A DNA stretch of 64,000 nucleotides from Euprymna scolopes (Eukaryota). Within the stretch, counting starts at the first letter, position 1; each line of letters begins with the position of its first letter. A program made the position numbers and the translations under genes. The notes beneath the pieces are model-generated. The model saw only the letters and a list, made by a program, of their open reading frames with translations. It did no database searches and had not been told where the DNA came from. Positions 23,520 to 36,468 of the stretch are shown here, one piece after another. The stretch lies in NCBI GenBank assembly GCA_053919585.1, contig CM132790.1, one strand, 5' to 3'.

Positions 23520-23840
23520 TTTGTTTTTACAAGGCGTCATTTCTTATCAAGGCCCAGATGTCACTCGAAGGCAAGGCTTAATGAGTGTAAAATAGTTAAT
23601 TGGAGCATATCGTAGTAATCGTTAGTAGTGAAAATTTGGTAAATTGGATTACTTAAGGAAACGGCTAATCAGCAACTTGTTTACGTTGGCTTGAAAACGG
23701 CAATAATGCAGTCAGATAGAAAGCAGGCAAAAGCAACAGAGTTCCATAAGCGTGCAGTTCTAAGAAAAGTAGCTTTGTTCTTTGAAACCATGTTTAGGTT
23801 TAGACACAGAAAAAGAGTGGAGGAAATTATCGATAGTACT
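23520..23840 (-). mobile_element. 3' fragment of a Jockey/CR1-like LINE
   Basis: Shares TTATCAAGG...GTAGTAATCGTTA...GAAAATTTGGT...GTTCTAAGAAA with 24505, 30990, 39325 and 45345; A-rich tail on the minus strand. Confidence 0.75.
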
Positions 23841-24504
23841 TTTTGTTGCTATAACTATTTTTAATTATCAACATTTATTCTAATGCAAAAGATTAAAATC
23901 AATTTATTTTCGTTAAATAACATGAGCATTTAAATAACCGTTATGAACCCGTCCGGGGACATATACAATTTCCAGTAAAATATACAACGTTTATCTAAGC
24001 GAGTTTATCTCAAAACGTACGTAAGCAATGTACTTTTCTTTATTTTCCCGTGTGTGCTTCTCAATACACATTGTTATTTAAAACGTACTCTCTTGTGATT
24101 TCGAATTCTTATTTACAATTCGAACAGTGGCAACAATAGACTAGTCGGAAAAATATATGAATTGTTTAGCGATTGTTGAAATGATATAAAGAAGTTTACA
24201 TGAGAAAAAAATGTTAAACTCGGGACATAAAATTAGAACAAATATCAACAAACAAATGTAAATTCAAAGAAACATATGAGAAATGATCGAATGTATCGAA
24301 TGAATAAAACACGTATTCATGTGCGAATAATAGGCATTAATAATAAGTGAAAATTAAAATGTATTCACATAAATAAGAAAAGAAAAATAATGTTTTAAAA
24401 ACTTAAATATATTTTCTAATGAGATACAAAATAATTTTGTGATTATTCGATTCGTATTTATGATGTATCATTCGATATATGTAATTTCTGTAGTATAAAT
24501 TTTC

Positions 24505-26110
24505 TTTTTTTACTTGAGAGCCACTACTTATCAAGGCATGAAAGCTGCTTGAGGCTAATGGTTAATGAATGTAAGGTGGTAGTGTAGTAATCGTTAATGG
24601 TGTGAATTCGGTTGAATTCGAAAATTTATGGGGGCGGCTCAAGAAGAATTTGTTGTTATTGGATTTGAGGGCTACTACGTTGTATTTAACAGGGAAGCAG
24701 ATCAGCGAACAGAGTTACACAGACAGATAGTTCTGAGAAAGAAGCTTTGCTCATGGAATCTGCATTTAGATTTAGACACAGATAGAGAGTGTGGAGAAAT
24801 CGTACATAGTGGTTATAGTTAGTTGAGTATTTTTGTAAAAGTTTGGCAAGGGGGAACCATAGATTGGGGTTCAGTAGAACACTTGCTGTGAAATAGACGA
24901 TAGATCATAAACAGGCTCGCAAGGTCTTTTCTGTGGGAAAGAGGTTTCATAGACGAAAAAAGGCATCCCCTACTTGGTTTCGAAACCGGTTTTGAACGCT
25001 ATCAAGATTGTATAGGGTTCGCCAAGCAGCTCCTGCCCAGAAATGGCAACAGTACTCCATTTTCTGACATACCCGACTGTTATAAAGATAGAGGATTGCA
25101 TCAGCAGTGAGATACCTATTGGAACGGTAGCGCGATCCATCCATTTTCCAACGATCGTGGCAACAGATTTGATGTACGTTTTTCATTTAAGATCAGTAGT
25201 GAAAGTCAGTTCCAGAAGATTGTGAAGACATGGAGCATCCTTAAGACGAGAGGCACTCATTTCAATTGGGTTTTAGAGCAATTATGAGAAAAAGAGAGAA
25301 GCTTGGTTTTCGATGCATTCACCATGTTACCAAGATCAGAAGAGAAAGAATCAGAAAAGTATTGGTGATTGATGGTCTTTAAAGTGTTGGCATAGATTTT
25401 GGTATCTATTGCATAAATATATATGAATTATCTAAGAATGTTATTTGGAAGATAATTGATGTAAATAAGGAAGAGAGTTGGACTCAGGCTGAAAACCTGA
25501 GGTAAGCCAGAATGCCGCCGAAACCAGTAGTTTACTGGGATCTAGGTTTTTGATAAGCTTGGCAATACAACGTACATATATTTGTATGCATCGTGGTGGG
25601 GTTTTTTTTTCAGTCACCGGAGACAATACTGTGGGTAGGCGGCCCTGATCGTAAAGGATAGAATTTGCTGCAATGTTCTGTTTAGGATCCTGTTTTTCAT
25701 CCGTTAAAACTGGTGGGAACCAAGCTCATGCTCAGCTATTTTAAACCTGACGTGGTAAGCATACTAATCTCTTGCATTTTTTATTACGCTTTTACAATAG
25801 TAGCTAGCAGTCCTAAAGGTTGTCTTGGTTTCACAGCGTTAATTACGTTCAAAGCAATGGAAATAATGACTTCTGTGGGCAGCATCACATCCTAGGGTGA
25901 AATACGGTGGGCTGTTGGGCTCTTGGATGGTATAAAACGGTAATAATTAATCATGAAAACAGGTCAGATACTTAAACAGACGCGTTATTTTGAACATAGA
26001 GTGCAGAGGTATATCTGATATAAATGTTTGGAAGTTATCACAATCAGCCATAGAGTATTGATATGCAGTATTATAGAGAGGTACATCTGAGAACTTAATA
26101 ATTCTGTTTT
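24505..26110 (-). mobile_element. Jockey/CR1-like LINE, degraded RT and 3' end
   Basis: ORF 24947..25186 LYLYNSRVCQKMEYCCHFWAGAAWRTLYNLDSVQNR is a typical RT C-terminal thumb. IAKLIKNLDPSK lies upstream and there is an A-rich tail at ~24505. Confidence 0.8.
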
Positions 26111-26126
26111 CATCTTATATATATAT

Positions 26127-26179
<53 letters not shown>

Positions 26180-26499
26180 AGTATACGTAATACCTCAGGG
26201 AGATGAACGCCTCTGCCTTGCATAGTTCCAGGTAACCCTTGGGCAAGGTGTCGTACTTGTTAGCCTTTCTCTTAAGGTCTGGCGAGTTACTATACTGTGA
26301 GAACTATATATATATATATATATATATATGCGTGTTTGCTTGCTTGTGTGTATGCGTGTGTATATGTCCAGCTGCCGGAGAGGTTATACACCGTGACAAT
26401 AAAACATGCACACCCTGCCACTGCTCATTCATATTACTACTTCGGTTTGTCACTGTGCAATCATAAGCATGTTATGTCGCAATCATAATGTGCAGATAT

Positions 26500-29400
26500 C
26501 TTTCTTTCCGAAAGTCCTAATGCGATAGGTAAGTAGTAATATACATATACTTGACGGACTGGAAGTGCACATAAGCGGTCAGTGATTTATCTAACGTAAT
26601 CGAATAAACTGCTTACAGTGAGGAAGCAACTTCGCTGGATGATCTGGTGTCTGGGCAGCAATCTCTAGGGATACACTGCTCAGCACTGAACTTAAGAAGG
26701 GTCTAGAAAAGGTGACTGAAATATTGTCTACTCATTTATTCGCTGGTCAATTTCCTGCGGTCGGAAGCTGCTCCAAAATTGAAAAATTTGAAACAAGGAA
26801 AATCCAAATTTCATCAGGAGAGGAATAACCTAACTGTTGCTACGTGGAATGTGAGAACTTTGTTAGCTGTACTAGATAGTAAAAGACTTGAGCACAAGAC
26901 AGCTATTATTGCGGGATAGTATATACAGTATAGACAGTATAACATTATCTGAAACACGCCTGAGTGACGAATACAAATAGATGGAAGTGGGTTCAGAATA
27001 CACTTTTCCTAGAGAGGAAAGCCATCTAGGCTAAAGCGAGAAGGCTGGGTTGACTTTGCAGTGCGATCAGATTTGGTGAAGAGGATTGAACAGAAAAACT
27101 GTATAAATGACAGAATCATGTTAATTCATCTCCTTCTTGCAGACACTATCTGTATATGCTCCTACCATGACGAAGACACCATTACGGCTTTTTATCAAGA
27201 TCTCAGCCGTACAGTTTCTTCTATTCTCTTATCTGATAATATCTTACTCGTCAGTGATTTAAATGCTAAGGTGAGTGAAGATTTCCATACTTGGGACAGC
27301 AAGGTTAACAATAACGGTCTGCATTTTCTTTATCTCTGCACTCAATTTGTAACACTTTCCTCGGCCACAAAGAAGTCCATAAGTTTATTTGGACCCACGA
27401 TCGTTCAAAACAGGACCTTGATTGTTTACATTATTTCCAGGAGGGCAGACTTGCAAGATGTTTTTAGTGTGCGTGTCATGCGTTGAGCTGCGTGCAGTAC
27501 TGATCACTTTTTGGTACGAAAAAAGCTTAAAATCTGTATAAGTGTAGGTCAGGTGGTGTTAAGATTCCCAGGCGAGTTTATGTATCTAAAATGAATGATC
27601 TAAATGTATGTGAAAAATTAAAAACTCTAGTTAATTCTACTGTTCTTGATGGATCGTGAAGGCATTTAAAAAAACACTCTAAATGTAAATGTTCTTGGCT
27701 TTCGCAAATCTAAGCATCAGGATCACTTTGATGATAATAATTATGAAATAACTTAACTGTCAAATGCTAAAAATTAGTTGCATCATAAAATGTTTTCTGT
27801 CTCTCATGAAAATCTGGAATCATCCCAACAATCGCTTAAAGCAAACAAAGGTCTTCTTCAAATGCGATTCTGCCAAATTAAAAATCAGTGCTTAGCTAAA
27901 CTATCCAATCAAATTCAGATGTCTTTCGATCGTAAAGATTCCAAGTGTATCATTTGCTTAAAAACACGTTTGCTCCTCAAACATTGTAAGCATCTCCCCT
28001 ACTCTCAAGTGATGGAACTACTTTTATAAAGGATCACAACAAGATTAACTTTCGTTGAACTGAACATTACTCTGATCTCCTTGACAACCCCATTTGATGT
28101 TGATGAACATGTTATCAATAGATTTTTACCACAACAGTAACTTACCCATAAAATGTCTGAGTGCCCATCTGAGAACGAAATTAGAGATGGAATCAAGGTA
28201 ATAAATATTGAAAAGGCCCAAAGGCTTGATGGTATTCCTGTGGAAGTCGTCTTACATAGAAATAATAAGCTTGTTCGTGAATTTTTTCATCTTATTACTG
28301 GTGTCAGGAAGGGTGTTCCCTATCTATCAGGACTGGGTTGATGCGATTCTTATATCAATGTACAAGAAAAAGGGGCTTACGACAGACTGTGGGAGTTATC
28401 GTGGGATACGTTTGTTTGAAGCATTAAACAAAGTATGTTCCAAAGTTCTACTCAATAGATTATTAAAGTATATTTGTCCGTCTGTCATTCCAGAATGTCA
28501 AAGTGGGTTTCGTCCGGGCAGAAGAGTTATGGACATGATTTTCTCTACCCGGCAATTGCAGGAGAACGCTACGGAACACCGTGTTCCACTTTATTAGTGT
28601 TTTGCTGATTTTACCAAGGCATTTGATACTGTGAACAGAAATGCGCTATGGACAATTCCAGGAAAGTTGGGATGCCCACCTCAATTTCTACGGTTACTCA
28701 GGGAACTCCACACTAATATGAATGCTCGCCTAAACTTCAATGGATTTATATCAGAACCTATCTCAGTTTACAATGGCATAAAGAAGGGTGATATACCAGC
28801 ACCTACACTTTTCTCTATTCATTTTGCAACTATGCTTTCGTATGCCTTTAACGATTGTTTTCTGGATGTTTATTTGCGTAATAGAACCACAGGTAAAGTA
28901 TTTGATCTTCGTCGTTTTCATGCTTCTACAGGGGTCTTTCAGCACCTGCTTCGTGAATGCAGAGTATGCTGATCTTATGGTCCATAGTAAGGAAGGTATG
29001 GAGGTATCATCGATTTGTTTTCACAGGCCTGTATAAAGGTCATAGTTTGTATGCGGAACCATATATTTTTGTCAACGACCAGTGGCTTGCTGTGATGTAT
29101 TTGAGTAGCGCTCTTGCCAGAGACAGAACCCTCGATGATAAGGTCAACTACAGGACACAGCATGCCACTAAGGCTTTTGGTAGCTCAGAGAGGTGAGTAT
29201 GGTCTGACAGAGGTATAACACTTCGTATAAAAATTAGTGTCTATCTTGTATTTTACCATTCTTACTTTACTCTTCTGAAGCCTGGAAAACTTATGGTAGA
29301 TATAAAAAGGTCATGGACAGAGTATACCAGTAATTTCTGAGACACATTCTGGGCATCAAGTGGAACTCTTTTACACTTGATACGGATGTTTTCATGCGAT

Positions 29401-29945
29401 CTGACGTACCATACATTTCAAAATCGATTACACGTAACCAGATGAAGTTGGCTGGACATATATAAAGGATTGATAATGAGAGGTTACTCAAGCGCCGGTT
29501 TTATGGCGAAATTTTTCAAGGAAAGCGTCCACAATACAAACCAAAGAAACGCTTCAAGGACAACATCAAGGATAACCTTAAAGCTCTCGGTATTGACGTG
29601 TCCAGCTGGGAGAGTGCATCCAGTAATTGTGAAAAGTGTCGCTCCATGGTTTATCACAGCTGTGATAGCTTTGAGAAGAAAAAATATAACGATGCAAAAA
29701 TTGAGCGTGAGATCCGGAAGAAAATATCTGTCACAACTGTCAGAGGCTTTTGTGCTGAACCATGTTTGTGATGTATGCGGTAAAATAAGTTTACCTGAAG
29801 CCGGTCTAGCTAGCGATTATATGAGAATCAGTGTTTCTTTGACGTGGAAAATATTGCGTTCTAAACAGATGTTCTATTTCCTCTATGGTCTGCAAATCAA
29901 GTGGAGGTCTGAAGCCTTATATGAATGCCCATGTAGATGTGTATA
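26500..29945 (+). mobile_element. Near full-length degraded RTE-clade LINE (APE endonuclease, RT, C-terminal Zn finger)
   Basis: APE: LTVATWNVRTL, LSETRL, SDLNAKV, CSTDHFLV. RT: SYRGIRL, PECQSGFRPGRRVMDMIFSTRQLQE, FADFTKAFDTVNRNALW, GIKKGDIPAPTLF, EYADL. C-terminus: HVCDVCGK. Many stops. The 5' boundary is approximate. Confidence 0.92.
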
Positions 29946-30237
29946 AATTTATAAAATAAATAAAAAATAAAAATCAATGAAATAATAAAATAATACAATA
30001 TAAATAAAATAAAAATTAATTATAAAATTAAATAACGATGTTTTATTAATAAAGTACATGGTAATGAGTAAATAATCTATAANNNNNNNNNNNNNNNNNN
30101 NNNNNNNNNNNNNNNNNNNNNNNNNNNNNNNNNNNNNNNNNNNNNNNNNNNNNNNNNNNNNNNNNNNNNNNNNNNNNNNNNNNNNNNNNNNNNNNNNNNN
30201 NNNNNNNNNNNNNNNNNNNNNNNNNNNNNNNNNNNNN

Positions 30238-32769
30238 GGCTTCGCCTGGTCGTCAAATATGCTTAAATATGATGATTTAATGTATGCGATTTCGTATAAA
30301 TTATTATGGAGTCGTGATTTTAGCAGTGAACAAAAAAGGAGTTGGGTGCAATCAGCTGGAATCGAAACCGAAAGCAAAACTGCAGCATTCAAGCTGGTGA
30401 CGTCACGACTTTATAAGTATATGGACTGATTAAAAATAAAGTAAGATGAATGTACAAAATGTTAAAGGATTTTTTTTCAATTTTGACATATTTCGGACTC
30501 CTTGAAAACGAAGACCAATAAAAGAACAGTCTATAAAAAGTCAAATAATTCGAAGCTAAGATAGATTTTGAAAATATGGAGACAGACACACAGACAGATA
30601 GACAGACCGAACAACAGACAGCTTGGGCCGTATCGTAAAATACTCCTAGATATGATATTTTAATTCGTCCAGATTTCTTATATATTATTATAGAGTCGTG
30701 ATTTCAAAAGTAAAATAAAAGTATTTTGATGCCATCAGATGGAATCGAAACCAAAAGCAAAACGGTAGGGTTCAAAGTTCCCACTATACCGAAGTGACAC
30801 GCATACGAACTGATTTAAAATAAATTAAGATCAATGTACAAAATGTAAAACGATGATTTCAAATTTTCTCTTTTTTTTTTTTTTTTGACACTTTCACAAA
30901 CTATTTTAACGGGCTAAAGACCTATACAAGAACGGTCCATGAAACATCCAATCATTTGAGATACCTACCACCGCCCTGCGACCTTTAGTTTTTTGTTTTT
31001 TTTACATAGGCATCACCACATTATCAAGGCCCAGAGGCCACTCAAGGATAAGGGTTAAAGAGTGTACAGTAGAAATTGGACAATATAGTAATCATTAGTA
31101 ATGAAAATTTGGTAAATTTGATAACTTATATGGAACGGCTCATCAAGAACTTATTTACTTTAGACTTGAACACAACCATATTGTAGTCAGCCGGTGGAGA
31201 TCGAGTTTAAAAATATGGAGATAGGCAGAGAGGCATAGTGCCTTTTATATTGTAGTCTAGCGGTGGCCGCCTGGTTTGCCCAGGCGTAAAATACGCTTCA
31301 ATGTGATATTTTTATTTGTCCTGATTCGTTTATATTATTATAGAATCGTGATTTCAAAAGGAAAAAGAAAGTATTTAGTTGCCATCAGTTAGAATCAAAA
31401 CGGTAGCATTAAAAGCCAGTGACGTTTCCACTATACCGACGTGACACGCATATGAACTGATTTAAAATGAACTACCATTACCACTGTATCAATGAGACAC
31501 GCATATGAACTGATTAAAACTTAAAAAATTTAAATAAACTAAGGTGAATGTAATAAAGATTTTCTTCGATTTTTACCCATTTTTAGACCCCTAAAAACTA
31601 TTTAAATCAGCAAAAGACATATGTAAGAACGACTCATGAAAATCCAATCATTTTAAAGGACCCTAGCATCGCTCTACAACTTTTAGTTTTGGAAGAGATA
31701 GAGTTTGAAATTATAGAAACAGACAGCCAGACAAACCGACCGACAAACAGACATAGTCTTTTTGTATATTAGACTTGCAGGGGGCGTCCAGCTTTTTCCA
31801 GGCCATAAAATACGCTTAAACATGGTATTTTAATTTGTTAAGATTTCGTATATATTATTATAAAGTCGTGATTTCAAAAGTAAAATAGTGTATTTGGTTG
31901 GCATCAGCTAGAACCGAAACAAAAACCAAAAACCAAAACAGCCGCGTTCAAAGTTGGTGACGTTACCATTATACCAACGTGACACGCATACGAATTAATT
32001 AAAATAAACTATGATGAATTACAACATGTAAAACGATGATGTCATATTTGTTCTCTTTTTGACTCCTTAAAAAAAACTATTTTAACCGGCTAAAAACCTA
32101 TACAAGAACGGCCCGTAGAAAATCCAATCATTTGAGACCCTACCGCCGCTTGACTATTTTTAGTTGCAAAGAAGAGAGAGAGTTTGAAAATATGGAAATA
32201 GACAGACAGACAGACAGCTTTTTATATATTAGATTATAGAGTTGTGATTCCAAAAGTTAAAAAAAAAAGTTTGGTGCCATCAGATAGATCGAAATCGAAA
32301 ACCCAACGGTAGCATTTGAAGCCGATGTTGTTACAATTGTTCCAACATAACACTCACACGAATTGATTGAAAAATAAACTAAGATGGAGGTACAAAATGT
32401 ACAACGATTTTTTTTAATGTTGACCCCTTTTTGATCCCTTTAAAACTTTTTAACGGGCTAAAGACCCATAAAAGAACGGTTCATAAAAAAATCCAATCAT
32501 CTGAGGCCCTTGCGCCGCTCTGTTATGGTACTATCGTTTCTGGGGAGATTTACTTGGTTGAGGAACGTCCTGTCAATGCAACCAGCTCCCCGGGTGTTAG
32601 ACACGATATCCAACGACAGGCACATGGAAACAGCAACACAACGGGTCGATATGTCAAAAGGGCTACGTCATTGTGCCACCCTGCGACTTTTAGTTTCGGG
32701 GGAGATAGAGTATAAAAATATGGAGAAAGACAGACGTACAGACAGACAGATAATCTTTTAAATATTAGA
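30238..32769 (-). mobile_element. Tandem array of five non-autonomous Helitron-like units (~400-550 bp)
   Basis: The block ATTATAGAGTCGTGATTTCAAAAG...CCATCAG..GAATCGAAAC recurs at ~30300, 30685, 31335, 31855 and 32235. Minus-strand 5' ends read TCTAATAT followed by (GTCT)n. The 3' end is a hairpin CGCCTGG/CCAGGCG (31268-31286) followed by CTAG (31257-31260). Confidence 0.75.
30990..31192 (-). mobile_element. Jockey/CR1-like LINE 3' fragment nested in a Helitron unit
   Basis: Highly similar to 45345-45545. It splits the unit motif TTTAGTTT|CGGNGGAGAT, which is intact at ~32690. Confidence 0.85.
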
Positions 32770-34415
32770 TTAATACTTTATGTTTATAACTATCATAATA
32801 ATGTGAAGAGAACATCAAGGGAATCTCATGATTGGCTATCTAATATCTTTTCCTTACAGTAAATAATTTCATCTAAATATTATTTGAACAGGTAAAACGA
32901 ATGTAATTTTAAGTTGAATTTTATTAATATCTTATTAGGAACAATTTTATTTGTAATCAGTATTATCTCAACTTTGTGATAACCAGCAATATCAGATAAG
33001 CTAATCCACATAAAATAACATTAGAAAATATCACATTTTATGCATATACTTTCAGTATTTACTTCAAGAGAAAGAGATATGTAATACAGCTAGATAATGT
33101 TACGAAAATATATACGGAAATTAAGCTACACAGATTATTCCGCGCTTCATCAAATATATGTAATTCATGTTATCGTGTGTTTTGCATGCAGTATATATTT
33201 AATTACGATAGCTAACCCATCAGATTCATTGTTACTTCCGCCCACGTTTTAATGATTGCATTAACCGATAGCAGGGCTTCTCTCAAGCAAGGTTCGGCTT
33301 AATATTACGTCTTTATCGTTACGTTTTCTAAAGAGNNNNNNNNNNNNNNNNNNNNNNNNNNNNNNNNNNNNNNNNNNNNNNNNNNNNNNNNNNNNNNNNN
33401 NNNNNNNNNNNNNNNNNNNNNNNNNNNNNNNNNNNNNNNNNNNNNNNNNNNNNNNNNNNNNNNNNNNNNNNNNNNNNNNNGACTGATACCCACTTGTAGA
33501 TAAAGGTTTATATTACGTTTTGATGATCAATTGAACGATAAAGAATATTCTAAAAGGAATTGTATGTATTATGAGGATGGTTTATAACGATTATTCATTT
33601 TACATTGGAATTGAAGAATACTCTGAAGGAAATTAGCCAAGTTTTAATGCATTCGACAGATGGGACTTCAATGTCTTTATACGATGTTACGATGCTATTT
33701 TTAAAAATTGTGTAGAATGTGATTATGTATAGAAAAAGGTCGCAAATGTATTAATTTAATAGAAATCATATTTGTATTTTACATCGATTGTATATTGCTA
33801 CTATGTAGTTAATAGAAGCTTGGCTCAGAAGGTAAACACTTTTTGTTAAAATAAAAATATTTATCAACATATTTCGATTGATGTACTTTTAGATTATATC
33901 GCGTTATAGACGTTTACGTTCAAGTACTTTGAGGAAATTATGACATATGAAATGTTGTAAAGAGTTTGGACAGAAAGGATACTGCATTTTGATCTACGCG
34001 TGAGGCCAAAAAGTGTATCTTATTTCTTGTTTTGTCCATAATGACAGCGACATTATATAATTTTTTAAAAAAATCTTTTTTCTTTACTTTGCGATCACAT
34101 ATTTAAAAGGTGTGTATTATTATTTGTTTCCTCTTTTATTATTTAATGTATTTAAAAGGTATCTTTTGAAAATGGTTTACTGAATATTAGTAGCTTTTTA
34201 GATACAAGAGATCCCTGCGGCATGATTATAGCTATAGGTGTAATAGGATAAAGAATAGGCAAAATACTATTCTCTAATCAGTAATTAAGATTCAGAGAAC
34301 ATATGGGGTTTCTATTCAGATCTGACTTTTTATCAGACAGATATATCTGTGTAATTTACAATCTCCTCAATTCAATAGTGCAGATCCTTTCTAATTCACT
34401 TTAAGAATAAATTGT

Positions 34416-34417
<2 letters not shown>

Positions 34418-34504
<87 letters not shown>

Positions 34505-34604
34505 CTGGTTATCTGTTCTTCATTTTTCAATATATTTATCACATACTTACACACGTGATTCTGTTATATTTCCCGTGTGAAATCGGACTAGTTTGAACAA
34601 AAGG

Positions 34605-34679
<75 letters not shown>
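34418..34679. repeat. Two (TA)n microsatellites. Others at ~22525-22608, 26116-26176, 36235-36316 and 47108-47155
   Basis: Directly visible. Confidence 0.95.
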
Positions 34680-34681
<2 letters not shown>

Positions 34682-35400
34682 GGCGTTATTACCAAAGGAA
34701 AATATATTATTTATCGGGAGTAGAAATCGTTAAACCTTTCTAGCAAGATACGGAAACTCTAATTTCAATCGCTTAGTGTGAAATATTATTTTAAAAAGCA
34801 CAACACTCTACGAATTGTAATATTTCCTCACTATCTTGTATCATTGAATAATTTACCTGTTTTGTTTTCTGAATATTGAGGATAGAATAAGTGTTCATAC
34901 AGAATATTTAAACGTAGGCGTTAACACATTCTACTTGTTTACAGTGAAATACGGAGAAATGAGCAATTGCGTACACAAAAATAAGTTACTACTTACGCGG
35001 CTAACTATTATGGAATAGATTGATTATCGCCTTGCATGTCGACTAAAAAGGCTGCATTTACAAATATCAACCACATTCACCCGATTTAACCCCATACCAG
35101 TTGGTATTTTGAAAGACTTTGTGTACAACAACTACCTAACAATACCACAACTCAAGGTAGTTATCACTTAACACATCCGTCCTATAACAATGATAGAATC
35201 TGTTTTATAAACGACAGTTTGGCTTGAAGAAAACATTATGTCATCGACGCCGGGACCTATCTCAACTTTATCATTTCAGCTTTGTTGAACTCCAAAATAT
35301 TCAAAATAATCTCGTCTTTATTGTTTATGTTCATAATTTCCTTAAGTTCAGAACACCATGGAGCCCGTGAGCAAGGCAAATGTTTTTCATGAAGCTATAA

Positions 35401-35860
35401 CAAAATAAAAATGCTAATAACGAACAAGATAAATGCAACTGTAGATACTGCCCACTTTGCCCACTTCAAAATAAATGTCTAATCAAAAGCATAGTTTACA
35501 TGGCCACAATATTTGCGAAAGAAAACCCGAATAACAAGAAATATTACGTAGGTATGACTTCCTTAGATTTCAAAACTCGATATTATTACCACAAGAGTCC
35601 ATTAAATAATAAAAAAACACCGTATGAAAACTAGCAAATAAATACTGGGGATTGAAGGAAATCGGACGTTCGCCAGTAATCGAATGGAAAATAGTAAGAC
35701 AAGCAAACACATGTAGAGACCTAGACGATCCATGTACATTATGCCTTCATGAAAAATTTGCTATCCTATTTAAACCATGGGAGAGAAATAGCGAACAACT
35801 GTGTTCATATGATAAAATTTACTCTAGGATAGAGATACAAAATAATTTTAAAAACTAACA
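35401..35860 (+). pseudogene. Penelope-like element GIY-YIG endonuclease remnant
   Basis: Frame from 35401: KCNCRYCPLCPLQNKCLIKSIVYMATI...KYYVGMTSLDFKTRYYYHKS. After a frameshift: YWGLKEIGRSPVIEWKIV...CTLCLHEKFAIL. Confidence 0.88.
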
Positions 35861-36149
35861 ATAATAATAGAAAATAAACAAATAAACATGCATATACATA
35901 AACTATCACAAACTAGCATATATAAAAAAACATTTAACCTAGATTTAAAATAGGTCAAGACACAAAATATCTACGCTAAGTAGCACACACAAAGGAATGG
36001 GTCAATCGGAAGTCGACTGGGCCTTTGTCTTTTAAGTGTCTGCTCGTTAGCTGATTAGGAAGGATGCGGTGGATACTAGAAAGCTGATTGGCTAATTAAA
36101 TCTCAATAGAAGGTGCGTATGTAATAACGCAAGACAACCTAAAAATTCT

Positions 36150-36231
36150 CGCATAAACCTGATTATCCTAGCGTGGATGAAACACGGAATATTCTGTGTA
36201 GCTCAATCGCCATATATATTTTATAACTTAC

Positions 36232-36319
<88 letters not shown>

Positions 36320-36468
36320 ATTTATAAAATATATATGGCGATTAAGCTACACTGAATATCCCGCGTTTCATCCACTCTAGGACTCTTCAGGCTTATAAGA
36401 GTCCTAGAGTGAATGAAACGCGGAATATTCAGTGAAGCTTAATCGCCATATATATTTTATAAATTACT
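36150..36468. mobile_element. Penelope pseudo-LTR ends in direct-inverted-direct order, with hammerhead-like cores
   Basis: Copy 1 (+) 36150-36234, then (TA)n, copy 2 (-) 36316-36396, copy 3 (+) 36397-36468. Copies 2 and 3 form a ~72-bp hairpin. Copy 2 reads CTGAAGA-GTCC-TAGAGT-GGAT-GAAAC-GCG. Confidence 0.8.
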
